A stretch of DNA of 64,000 nt, taken from contig CAVXLD010000012.1 in NCBI GenBank assembly GCA_963762565.1, positions 32,001 through 96,000 on the forward strand. Direction: 5' to 3'. The notes under the pieces were generated by a model. The model saw nothing but the letters and a program-made list of their open reading frames with translations. It was not told the DNA's origin and searched no databases. Positions within the stretch are counted from its first letter, which is position 1; each line of letters begins with the position of its first letter. Below, piece by piece: positions 50,117-60,250 of the stretch. The stretch is from an uncultured Verrucomicrobiae bacterium (lineage in GTDB: Bacteria; Verrucomicrobiota; Verrucomicrobiia; Chthoniobacterales; JAFAMB01). The position numbers and the translations under genes are program-made.

Positions 50117-51516
50117 GGTTTGATGGCAGCGCGTAGGTCATCCCCGATGTGCGCGATGTCATGGTCATCGAAATCGAGTTCCGCCAGGCGACGATGCGCC
50201 GCAGCCAGAAGCGCATCCTTTTCCAAGCTCTGGAAGCTGCTGTAGATCGCTTCAAAATCCGCGACGTGCTGTTCCAGCGCGTCCTTCCGTTGCCGCCTTA
50301 GGTCGGCTAGTTGCAAAGCGTAGTTCACCTTGATGGAGGACGGGTCAATAGTCAGCAGCCGGGTTAGAGCCGCAGAAGCTTTGTCAGCAAGTCCGGCATT
50401 AAGATCCGTTAGCGCCCGGCGCAGACCGCCCCTGAAGGCTTCGTCGCGTACCGGCTCCGGATTACTGGGATCGAGTAAATCCGCATACCGGCCAGCGGCA
50501 CTGTCAATGAATCCTTCCTCTTCGTCTCGAATCGCCGTTACTAGTTTGGAAGCGGCCGAATCAACGCCTAACTTCTGGTCAAAATAACCTTCCTGAAAGA
50601 CAATGTCAGTATTGTAAGCCAGAATGGGCACGAAGGTAGTCGCCCGGTTCAACCATCGACGGGCTTCAGCGTATCGGCCAAGATCTGCAGTCTCTTCCGA
50701 CTTGGATAACTCGAGTCCCGCGATCAAAACGGGCAGCAAAAAGATTCCCCACAGCAGAACCGCACTTAGGGCAAAACCGGGTAAGATTGTTGACCACAGC
50801 TTAAGCATTGCCCTTGGTTCCGTCAGATCCAGAGTACGCCCAAAGGAAACGGCAAAAAACAGCGCCCCAAATAGGACACACCACCAACCGCGACTCACGA
50901 ACTGACAAAATGCTGGGGTGTAACCGACCAACATGACAATCGCGGGCAAGTCTGACAAATGAAGATCAAACAGACTTTTGAATTGCATCGTCGGAATCGC
51001 TTGAAACGAACGAGGTAGCACTTCCGTAACCAAAACGGCACGTTGACCGGACTGATAGGCATACTCCTCGCCGGTAAGCGAATCACCGTAAGACAGGATC
51101 ATGCTGTCGTTCTGGGCCTGCAGCCAAGCGCCGTGGGCTGTTACCCTGGCGCAACGTTGGATGGTAAACGCAGGATAAGCGATCGCGGCCAAAAGAAGCA
51201 CACCCAAACCTGCGCTAGCCAACCATCGCGACCGACCGAGCTGGTTAATCGATCGGCGACGGCTGTAGAACAGTACCCCCAAAAGAATCGCCACTATTAA
51301 GGCTTTGAAAATGATAGTCGACCATGGGTCAGCGAACGTGGCCGATACCCCGCCCTTAGCATCCGGTTTCAGTCCGGTGGGAACATGATACCAGGGCAAA
51401 ACCAAACCGGCTACAAGCAGAAGGATCGATGCTACTCGCGATAAACGGATTGCAAGCGAAAGCATGTCTTTACTATTAGCTACCTCCCCGCGGGTGTTTG
51501 GTGCGGCCGGATACAC
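50113..51516 (-). CDS. Membrane protein with C-terminal TPR-like helical region
   Basis: Several TM segments followed by Ala/Leu-rich helical repeats; overlaps the downstream gene. Confidence 0.7.
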   Translation of the reverse strand: MYPAAPNTRGEVANSKDMLSLAIRLSRVASILLLVAGLVLPWYHVPTGLKPDAKGGVSATFADPWSTIIFKALIVAILLGVLFYSRRRSINQLGRSRWLASAGLGVLLLAAIAYPAFTIQRCARVTAHGAWLQAQNDSMILSYGDSLTGEEYAYQSGQRAVLVTEVLPRSFQAIPTMQFKSLFDLHLSDLPAIVMLVGYTPAFCQFVSRGWWCVLFGALFFAVSFGRTLDLTEPRAMLKLWSTILPGFALSAVLLWGIFLLPVLIAGLELSKSEETADLGRYAEARRWLNRATTFVPILAYNTDIVFQEGYFDQKLGVDSAASKLVTAIRDEEEGFIDSAAGRYADLLDPSNPEPVRDEAFRGGLRRALTDLNAGLADKASAALTRLLTIDPSSIKVNYALQLADLRRQRKDALEQHVADFEAIYSSFQSLEKDALLAAAHRRLAELDFDDHDIAHIGDDLRAAIKP

Positions 51517-51528
51517 CCATCACCCCGT

Positions 51529-52926
51529 TTATTCCTTGGAAGCGATAATCCTGGTAACGTTGATTTTGTCGTCGTCGCGCAAGTACCTGGGGTTATTCGA
51601 AAGCACCCAGTCGTCTGCTGCCAGGCCTCCGGTGATTTCCACATACTGATCATCCAAGTCGCCGAAGGTCACCAGGGTCGTCTTGACCTTGCCGTCGGCA
51701 TCGACCGTCCGCACTACACCTTTACCGGCACTCAAAGACGAGATCGCATCCCGCGGAACCGACAGCACATTTCGGTCATGCATGATTAACCGCGCGAACC
51801 CAGTCATGCCCGGCCTGAGTTTCACGCCCTCAGCCTGCACCTGTAGCCGCACTTTGAAGGTCGCCGGCCACTCGGGTGATCCAGTCCCCAGAGGTCGTAC
51901 TGGAGTAGTCGTTTCCGGACCGCCGGTGTTGAAGGTCACGATTGGTACCACCCGCTCGACTTTAGCCGGAAAAGATCTTCCCGGGTAGGCTTCGAAATTG
52001 ACTGACGCATCCATCCCTTCATGCACCTTATCAATCGCTCGTTGGTCCACGTCCGCCTCGAACCACATTCCCGAAGCGACAATGAAGCCAACGTTCCCCG
52101 GGCTCTGGTTGTATTCTCCACCCCGCACTAGAACCCGATCAATAATGCCGGACGCGGGAGCAGTGACATCATAGTATTTGAGCGCATCTTCCCGTTGTTT
52201 AAGCTGATTTTCAGCATCATTAACCGCGTTGCTGGCAATTTCCTGACTTTTCGGAAAACCGGCGTTAGAAATGCCCGAGCTAACTTTGGCTTCGTTGTAG
52301 TTCGTCTCGGCGTTGGCTAACTCTTCAACGGCGTTGAGTAACTCGACTTTCGCGCTGGCACCGTCCTTTTCCAATTTGGTGAACATTTCCACCTTTGTCT
52401 TGGCGCTGGCCACTAGTTGCGCCAACCCCTTCAGATCGACCTGATCTTTCTCCGGGCGCTCCGCCACCAACAGGTTCACCGAGCCAGCTGCGACTCGTTG
52501 TTGTTCCGCTTTGGCGTTAGCTAAAGCCAATTTCGCTGAACTGATATTTAGTAACGCCAGGCTCGGATCGAGTTGCGCTAATACCTCCCCCGCTTTGACT
52601 TCATCCCCTTCCTCTACATTCAGCGTCTTGATGTAAGCGGTTGGCACGACAGGCACATTATAGAAATTTGCCTCCATCATGCCTTCGCCGAGAATCGGCA
52701 CGTCGAAATCGTGATAAACCGGTTGGATGGCCTCGGCATTAAACCCGAAGTGAAGCATCCTTTGGAGATTGAGATATCCTAACTTGGTCGTGTACAGCCT
52801 GCTGCCGGGGTTCTTATATGCCGGCCAAAGCACAAATACCCCGACTCCAACGACTAGCACGACCGCCATCACCACTGTCGCTACAACACGATTCGCCCAT
52901 GAACTGCGATGTTTCATAACCGTCAA
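51529..52926 (-). CDS. HlyD/RND periplasmic adaptor (membrane fusion protein)
   Basis: VEEGDEVKAGEVLAQLD, VTAPASGII, LRPGMTG, VEITGGL. Confidence 0.9.
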   Translation of the reverse strand: MTVMKHRSSWANRVVATVVMAVVLVVGVGVFVLWPAYKNPGSRLYTTKLGYLNLQRMLHFGFNAEAIQPVYHDFDVPILGEGMMEANFYNVPVVPTAYIKTLNVEEGDEVKAGEVLAQLDPSLALLNISSAKLALANAKAEQQRVAAGSVNLLVAERPEKDQVDLKGLAQLVASAKTKVEMFTKLEKDGASAKVELLNAVEELANAETNYNEAKVSSGISNAGFPKSQEIASNAVNDAENQLKQREDALKYYDVTAPASGIIDRVLVRGGEYNQSPGNVGFIVASGMWFEADVDQRAIDKVHEGMDASVNFEAYPGRSFPAKVERVVPIVTFNTGGPETTTPVRPLGTGSPEWPATFKVRLQVQAEGVKLRPGMTGFARLIMHDRNVLSVPRDAISSLSAGKGVVRTVDADGKVKTTLVTFGDLDDQYVEITGGLAADDWVLSNNPRYLRDDDKINVTRIIASKE

Positions 52927-53908
52927 TTACTCTGTTCCATAGGCACTCTCTGGGGATAGAGGCTCCGAAATTTTCTTTTCACCACGGAAAAATAGCCACG
53001 GAGCTAGTGAGACTAGTTCCGCCACGATCTGCAGCGCACGCCAAAGCACGGCAGCGAGTGCAGCTTCTTGCCATGGCATCAGCGGTGAAAGTAGGAAAGC
53101 AGTCGCGGTCTCCCGGACCCCCATCCCGCCTGGAATTACCATAGCGAAGAATCCAACTAACCAGCCGACAGCGTTAGCACCGATGGCAGCAGCGGGACTC
53201 ACCGTGTGTTGGTATCCATCCCGGCTAGCATCAGCCAAAGACCGACACCGTGGAATACGTTCAAAAAGATGTACATCAGTTCCGCTTTAGCGAGGGCGCG
53301 AAAGTTCGGTTTCACCTTCAACATCGCTCGCAGCTGTTCCAACTTGCCTCGGATCCAAGGCTGACGCGCAAGAAGCGGCCAAATGAGGCACAGCAGCAGA
53401 AGTCCGCCAATCACCGCTCCGCTCACCGGCAACAGCCAGTTCGAGTAAGCAGTAATGAAGCGACCAGCCAAACCCGAAAAGAGGATCCCGCCCAAGGCGA
53501 CAATAATCCAGGAGAGCACAACCGTGGCCAATTCTACCGGTAAACTCATTGACGCGACTGCCAACGGGATACCTAGGTTCTGCGCAGCGACCACTCGAGA
53601 GGCGAACTTCCGACGCCTCCGGGAAGCCAGCGCATCGATTCCGAAGTCAGCAAGAGCCGCACTGAGTCAGATACTCGATCGGATAACCCAGTGATTCAAG
53701 TATCCATGACCAAACGCCAGCATTGAAAAACCAGTAACCCAAGCAGAGTCCAAAGGCCGGAGCTAATGAGGCGTAACCGAGTCGTTGGACGCATTGCCGA
53801 GATCGCCCGCCCGCGGCAATAACGCCAAGACGACACAACCACCGCCACCCAAGGAATGACCAGGCGGAATATGGTTAATGCTTTCGACCAAATTGTTTTT
53901 GTTCCCAT
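52927..53908 (-). CDS. Lysylphosphatidylglycerol-synthase-TM / flippase-like membrane protein (frameshifted)
   Basis: Across frames: WSWILESLG, VGFFAMVIPGGMGVRE, AAVLWRALQIVAE. Confidence 0.75.
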
Positions 53909-53919
53909 ATTAACAATCT

Positions 53920-55164
53920 CTATGTGGTGACCGGTTGAGCACCCTCCAGAGTTGGTTGGTCATCAGAGACGACGCACTTCTGGTAGATGGCGTCGTATTG
54001 GTCCATGATGCGATCCCAATCAAAGTAATCGCGGGCGTGCACGAATCCTTGCTCTCCCAGGCGTTGAGCAAATTCAGGTTCGTTCAGTAAGCGGAGGACG
54101 GCTTTAGCAATGGCGTCCGGGTTTTTCTCCGGAACCAGCAAACCGGTCTGACCATCTTTGATCATGTCGACAATGCCTCCAACCCAGAGGCGACGACCGG
54201 TTTGCGATTACTCAACGCCTCAACCAACACGACGCCTAAGCCTTCGGTATCTCCTTTAGAATCGTAAATCGCCGGATGAACGTAGATCGAGCAAGATCGA
54301 AACAGTGAGCTCAGCTCCTCGTTGCTAACGAAACCCGCAAATCGGACTAACTCACCTAGTCCAAGCTATCGGGCTAGTCTTCCCATTCCTGCCGGAGTGT
54401 CCGTCACCAGTAATCACCAGGCGCACCTGGCGCTGCTTCAAAATCACCGGCAGCGCTTGAAGCAGGAAATCGACTCCTTTTCGCTCGATGAGCCGGCCGG
54501 AAAATAATAGCAAAGGAATCTCTGGAATCGCACCCGCATCAGGGTCGACTTTTACCGTTGCACCCCAAGGAACAATCTGCTCGTCGCGGAGACACCTCCT
54601 CACCAATCTGGCTGTGTGAGTGCTGTTAGCGGTGATAGCGGCGGATCTCTGCAAACAAAATGCCAAAATGGGAGGCGACTTCGCTGCCCGCTGCCAAAGC
54701 GAATTCAGCGCTATGACAGCTATAAACCATTTTGCACCCCGGCATCCAAGCCGGTAGCAGCGCCATTAACCCGTGCGGGAAAGGCCAGTGCACGTGCAGA
54801 ACCTCGATCCGTTCTTTCCGGCAGATCTTCCAGACGGCGTACGCACCACTGGCCAGATAACTCAGTGTTAACAACTTTAAGACCGGATTCTTCTTCAGCT
54901 TGTTCGGCGCGCCCTCCCCATGCGTTAGGATTTCCCACTGCGCCGGCGCATAGCGGAACCGGTGAACCTGAACACCATCAATCTGGTGACTTTAAGCCCG
55001 CGGTAGGCTGGAGCGATCACCGTCACTTTGTGGCCGCGAGCGGCCAGCCGTCTCACCGATTCCCGAAGCCACGGGACTTCATGATCTTGCTCGTTCCTAG
55101 GATAGGTCGATCCCAATATGGCGATCCGCAAACAGCGCGGATCACTCGGTGGAGTGATTTTCAT
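53920..55164 (-). CDS. Glycosyltransferase family 4 (multiply frameshifted)
   Basis: STYPR, LHVHWPFPHG, FSGRLIERKGV, DTEGLGVVLVEAL, DGQTGLLVPEKNP. Confidence 0.88.
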
Positions 55165-55191
55165 AGGCCAGGCTTCAGGATTGCTTGACCT

Positions 55192-56594
55192 TTAGGTGCT
55201 GGGAACCAGCAAGGTTTGGCGGCCCCTACCCAAGGCATTCTGGGCCAGGCCCACGACGATCGTTGGCTCGACCGGCTTCAGCAAAGCAGCGAAAGCGCCC
55301 AGCTGCGTCATATCAGCCGGATTCGCGTCCGTGTCGTGACCAGAAATATCACTCTTGGGTTCGGCGACGTGCGGCGAGCGACCCGAACTAACTCCATCAT
55401 CTCGGTCCCCGTGCCGCTGGACGAGTCTAGCAAAAGGACCTCCACCGGGCCACTCATCAAGGATTGCGCCTCGTGACACGAGCTCGCCGCGAGAACACTC
55501 CAACCCGCGTTGCGCAGGTGTGTCGCGTGGGTTTCCCGGCTCATGCTGTCCTGCTCGATCAGGAGAACGAGCGGACTATGACTGGAACTTCCATTCCGAA
55601 GTTGTTCGGTACCCGGTAGCCGCAACACCGGCTCCGGCCGGAGTCCGATGCTTGCTGCGATCGGCTTCCGCTTTGATTGCTCGGTGTTCTCGTGGAGGCT
55701 CCACTCTGACATGAGCCCTAGCAATACAGTTACCAGGCCGCCTACCACCAGGATTGGAGGCGCTGGATCCAATTGCTCCGCCAATTTCACTGGCAACGGA
55801 AGCGCCAACAATAGAATCGCCAGCAAAACTCCGGCCACACACATCGCCAGAGCGATACTGCCCAGGAAGTGCAATGGGCGCCGGCGAAAATTCTGCAAGT
55901 AGTTGACAGTCCACATGTCGAGGAAGCCACGCAGATAACGCTGGAAGCCGTACTTGCTGCGACCATGAACTCGGGGATGATGTTGAACCGGGATCTCCGT
56001 CGTCCGGTATCCATGGATCGCTGCCAGCGACGGGACCATCCGGTGCATTTCGCCGTACATCGGGATCGCCTGGACCACTTCGCGCCGGTAGCATTTGAAA
56101 CCGCAGTTGTGGTCGTGAAGCTTGACCTTGTTGACGCGGCTCAGCATCAGATTGAAGATCCGGCTCGGCAAAACTTTATGCCACGGGTCGTGCCGGCGGC
56201 GTTTCCAGCCGCTGACGATGTCCCAGCCTTCTTCCATCTTCTTCAAGAAATTGGGGATCTCAGCCGGATCATCCTGTAGATCCGCGTCCATGGTAAAAAC
56301 AAAATCGCCTGAGCATTCCTGCCATCCGGCAGCCAATGCGTCTGCCTTACCCATATTGCGCCGGAACCGGATTGCCTTGATCCGATCAGGGTTTTCGGCG
56401 GCCAGCTCCTGAATAACTTCCCAGCTGTTATCGGTGCTGCCGTCGTCGACGAATATCACCTCCCAGAATGAGGTCTGTGCCGATGCGTGTTCTGCTATCT
56501 TGTTAAAAAGCTCTCCTAGAGTTGGCGCCTCGTCTTTAAGCGGAATAACGAACGAAAGCGTTGCTTCCTTGCGAGAATGATACCCAGTTTCCAT
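55192..56594 (-). CDS. GT2 polyprenyl-phosphate glycosyltransferase (ArnC/DPM-like) fused to a C-terminal receiver (REC) domain
   Basis: VDDGSTD, RNMGKA, MDADLQDDP, DHNCGFK, two TM helices, then VLLIEQD..VLLLD..VIFLVT in frame and ..AALLKP after a frameshift near 55325. Confidence 0.85.
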
Positions 56595-57491
56595 AACCCG
56601 TTCCTCTCTGTTTTTGATGCGCGGTCAGGGCAACCGTCCCCCTAGCAAACTAAGATCACCAATCCCTTCAGGATCAGCTAGCGGCTACCTTCTCTGTCGC
56701 GTTTCCCCTAACCAAGTTTTAACTAAATCTATGGTTTCTATTGGAAATACTATAATTACGATATTTCCATTCCCTCTTGTTGACACGTATGTAATCGAAG
56801 TCTCCAAGATGTCCAGCCAAATTTATTTTTCTGATTACTCCTCAGCTAAATTTATTTTCGTATTTCACTGGATCTCCTTCTACGAATGCATCTTACGCTT
56901 CTCTACCAGCTCGGTAGAGTTCTAGGCGACTCCGCCGTCAGTTCTACCGGTTTTTCGTTGCGGATGCTCGCGAAGCGCACCTTTGAGTGTCTAATCCCGG
57001 CCGGCGAGAATAACGCGAAGCGCAGCTCCGCCGTGAAAGGTGAATAGAACCGACGCTTCTCGCATTCCCGCGCTGTTCCCAGACCACGCTGGCCAGCGTC
57101 AAGGGGAGCGCCCAGGGATCAATTTGATTCGTTATTAACAATAAAGGCGATACTACGACATCCATGCCGGGAACTTCTCGAACACTTCTTTTTAAATGCG
57201 GATCGATTTCCTTATCGATCGACTTGCGGACTTTGACGACGAAACGTCTCGGATCATTCAAAACTATTCTTAACGCAAACAGGCTGAGGGACCGGAGCGA
57301 AGACCGAGCGTCTGATCTAGGGTTTGCGTTTTGACCGGAGCTGATCTGAAATACGTGACACCTTTTGGGCCCGACGATTTCGGAAGATCGTCGCACAGGA
57401 ATTTTTGATTTTACCGCGCTCTCGGTTGACTGCCCGTATGCTTACTGCTACGCCTGGCCCGCTAGAATCTAGGGACAACAATTCCATAACT

Positions 57492-57744
57492 ATGAATACT
57501 GCTAGAAAAGCGATACTAGGGGCAATCGCGATCTCGATGTTCAACGGTCACCTTGCTCGTGCGGGGAGCTATCCGGCTGTTAACGACCAACTGACTCCAT
57601 TTAGCGATTTCGCCAACGCGAGAGAAGGGCGTGGGAAGTGACGGCAACGAACGATTCATCTGGGATACGTTTGGGGGTGATTCTTTGACGGGTTCCGCCG
57701 TCTGGATCCTAAATGCACAGGGTCAGATAGTCGGACCAATGTGA
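57492..57744 (+). pseudogene. Short secreted-protein remnant
   Basis: Signal peptide MNTARKAILGAIAISMFNGHLARA, then alternative-frame VGSDGNERFIWDT..AVWILNAQG. Confidence 0.35.
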
Positions 57745-57933
57745 TCGATACTCGGCTCTTAGTCTCGTTGCTCACCTCTCGTAAGGTCTTCGTTCTCGTC
57801 ATCGAATCCTTGCCGACGGAGTGCTGGAGTATCGGAGCGTTGCGCTTTCTCCGAATTGCACCCCGGGGTCCGCGGGGCGCGAGGCGCTTTCACGCTTGAA
57901 TTCGAGCAACTCCCAAACTCTTGTATCGGAATA

Positions 57934-58971
57934 ATGGCTAGACCAGTAACCCTGTTCACCGGCCAATGGGCAGACCTTCCCTTAAAGGATCTGGCTCTAC
58001 TGGCAAAAAAGATGGGCTTCGACGGGCTTGAATTGGCCTGTTGGGGCGATCACTTCGACGCCAATGCCGCAGCTGAATCCAAGGAATATTGCAAAGAGCG
58101 CTGGCAGATTTTGACTGGAAATGGACTGACGGCGTTTTCGATTTCGAGCCATTTGGTCGGACAAGCGATTTGCGACCGGATCGATGAACGGCACAAAGCA
58201 ATTCTGCCTCCCGAGATCTGGGGAGACGGCGATCCGGAAGGGGTTCGGCAGCGTGCAGCTGAGCAAATGAAGTTAACTGCTCGAGCCTGTCGTAACTTTA
58301 TCGATACCAAGCCAAATCAGGACCTTAATTTTCCTGCGGTCGTTAACGCCTTCTCCGGATCGAGCATCTGGCACGCCTGCTACGCGTTCCCCCCTACTAG
58401 CCAAGACTACCTCCAAAATGGGTACGATGATTTTGGGCGCCGGTTCTTACCAATCCTGGACGTATTTGAGCAGTACAACGTCAACTTCGCGCTTGAAGTT
58501 CACCCGACCGAGATCGCGTTCGATATTGGGTCAGCTCGGCGAGCTTTGGAAGCCGTCAACCAGCATCGACGATTTGGGTTTAATTACGATCCTTCACACC
58601 TAGGTTACCAGGGCGTCGATTACGTGAAGTTCATTCGGGAATTCAAAGATCGCATCTATCACTGTCACATGAAGGATGCATGGTGGGGACATGGTAACGG
58701 AGACGTTGGGGTTTTTGGCGGCCACACCGATTTTGGCGATTACCGGCGTTATTGGGATTTCCGCTCGATCGGACACGGAGACATTCGGTTCGAAGATATC
58801 ATCGTGGCATTAAACGACATCGGTTACTCAGGGCCGCTGTCTATAGAATGGGAAGACGGGCGGATGGACCGGGTGCATGGCGGAACGGAGTCCTGCCGCA
58901 ACGTGAAATCATACGACTTTGCGCCTAGCCGAGCCGCCTTTGATGCCGCTTTCGAGCGCAAAAAGGCCTAA
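57934..58971 (+). CDS. Sugar phosphate isomerase/epimerase (AP_endonuc_2 TIM barrel)
   Basis: [48 protein letters not shown]. Confidence 0.93.
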   Translation: MARPVTLFTGQWADLPLKDLALLAKKMGFDGLELACWGDHFDANAAAESKEYCKERWQILTGNGLTAFSISSHLVGQAICDRIDERHKAILPPEIWGDGDPEGVRQRAAEQMKLTARACRNFIDTKPNQDLNFPAVVNAFSGSSIWHACYAFPPTSQDYLQNGYDDFGRRFLPILDVFEQYNVNFALEVHPTEIAFDIGSARRALEAVNQHRRFGFNYDPSHLGYQGVDYVKFIREFKDRIYHCHMKDAWWGHGNGDVGVFGGHTDFGDYRRYWDFRSIGHGDIRFEDIIVALNDIGYSGPLSIEWEDGRMDRVHGGTESCRNVKSYDFAPSRAAFDAAFERKKA

Positions 58972-59003
58972 CCAGAAACGCCCCAAGCAAGATAGGAAGC
59001 TTT

Positions 59004-60161
59004 ATGACCCAAAAAATAAAAATGGGGATGGTGGGCGGAGGCCGGGACGCCTTCATTGGCGCTGTGCATCGGATGGCTGCCCGGTTGGATGGACGTATTG
59101 AGCTCGTCGCGGGAGCCTTTTCTTCGGATCCGGCGAAATCCCGGGCTTCAGGTGAAGACCTGGGAGTGGATCCCTCGAGAGTCTATCCGGACTACCAAAC
59201 CATGGCGGCCGCCGAAAGTAAGCTGCCGGACGGCGAGCGCATCGACTTTGTATCGATCGTTACCCCAAACAACGTTCATTTCCCGCCGGCTAAAACATTT
59301 CTGGAAGCGGGTTTCCACGTCGTTTGCGATAAACCGATGACCTACGATTTAGCTGAGGCGAAAGCGTTGCGCGATTTGGTGAAATCGACGGGCAAAGTCT
59401 TTGCGTTGACCCATAATTATACCGGGTATCCAATGGTCAAAGAGGCCCGCGAGCTAGTCCGAAACGGTGACCTGGGCAAAATTCTAAAGGTGGTGGCGGA
59501 ATATCCACAGGGTTGGCTGATTCAACCGATTGATATTGAAGGTCAAAAGCAAGCCGCTTGGCGGACGGACCCGTCTCGAACCGGCGCGTCGAGCTGTATC
59601 GGCGACATCGGTACCCACGCAGAGAACCTGGGCCGGTACATTACGGGCCTTGAAATCGAAGAGCTCTGCGCGGATTTCACCACCTTCGTTCCGGGCAGAC
59701 GCCTCGAAGATGACGGCAACCTGTTGCTCCACTATCAGGGCGGAGCCCGGGGAGTTCTTTATGCATCACAGGTCTCAGTCGGCGAAGAGAATAATCTCAG
59801 CATCCGCGTTTATGGGACGAAAGCGTCATTGGAATGGCATCAGGAACATCCTAACGAACTAATCGTTAAATACCCGGATGCGCCGAGAAAGATCTATCGT
59901 CGAGGCAATAGCTACGTTAGCGACATCGCAAAAAAATTTACCCGGCTGCCGTTCGGACATCCGGAAGCCTTTATCGAAGCATTCGCGAACATTTACCTGG
60001 AAGCCGCTCGAGCCATCGAAGCTGTGAAAGAAGGAAAACCGATCCCGCCGGACATCGACTATCCAACGGTTGAAGACGGTGTGCTCGGCCTGGCCTTCAT
60101 CGAGACGGCGGTAGCTAGCGCCAAGGGCGGAGGCGTCTGGACCAAATTCATTTCAACTTAG
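59004..60161 (+). CDS. Gfo/Idh/MocA oxidoreductase
   Basis: GMVGGG..FIGAVH, CDKP, HNYTGYPMV, GDIGTHA, GHPEAF. Confidence 0.95.
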   Translation: MTQKIKMGMVGGGRDAFIGAVHRMAARLDGRIELVAGAFSSDPAKSRASGEDLGVDPSRVYPDYQTMAAAESKLPDGERIDFVSIVTPNNVHFPPAKTFLEAGFHVVCDKPMTYDLAEAKALRDLVKSTGKVFALTHNYTGYPMVKEARELVRNGDLGKILKVVAEYPQGWLIQPIDIEGQKQAAWRTDPSRTGASSCIGDIGTHAENLGRYITGLEIEELCADFTTFVPGRRLEDDGNLLLHYQGGARGVLYASQVSVGEENNLSIRVYGTKASLEWHQEHPNELIVKYPDAPRKIYRRGNSYVSDIAKKFTRLPFGHPEAFIEAFANIYLEAARAIEAVKEGKPIPPDIDYPTVEDGVLGLAFIETAVASAKGGGVWTKFIST

Positions 60162-60250
60162 GATCTAAGAGCGGTAAAGGCGCGCTCTCCCGCGCGCCTT
60201 CGCCACGCTGAATCCGCGATCGCGATGGCAGAGTGAACACCCCAGCAGAT

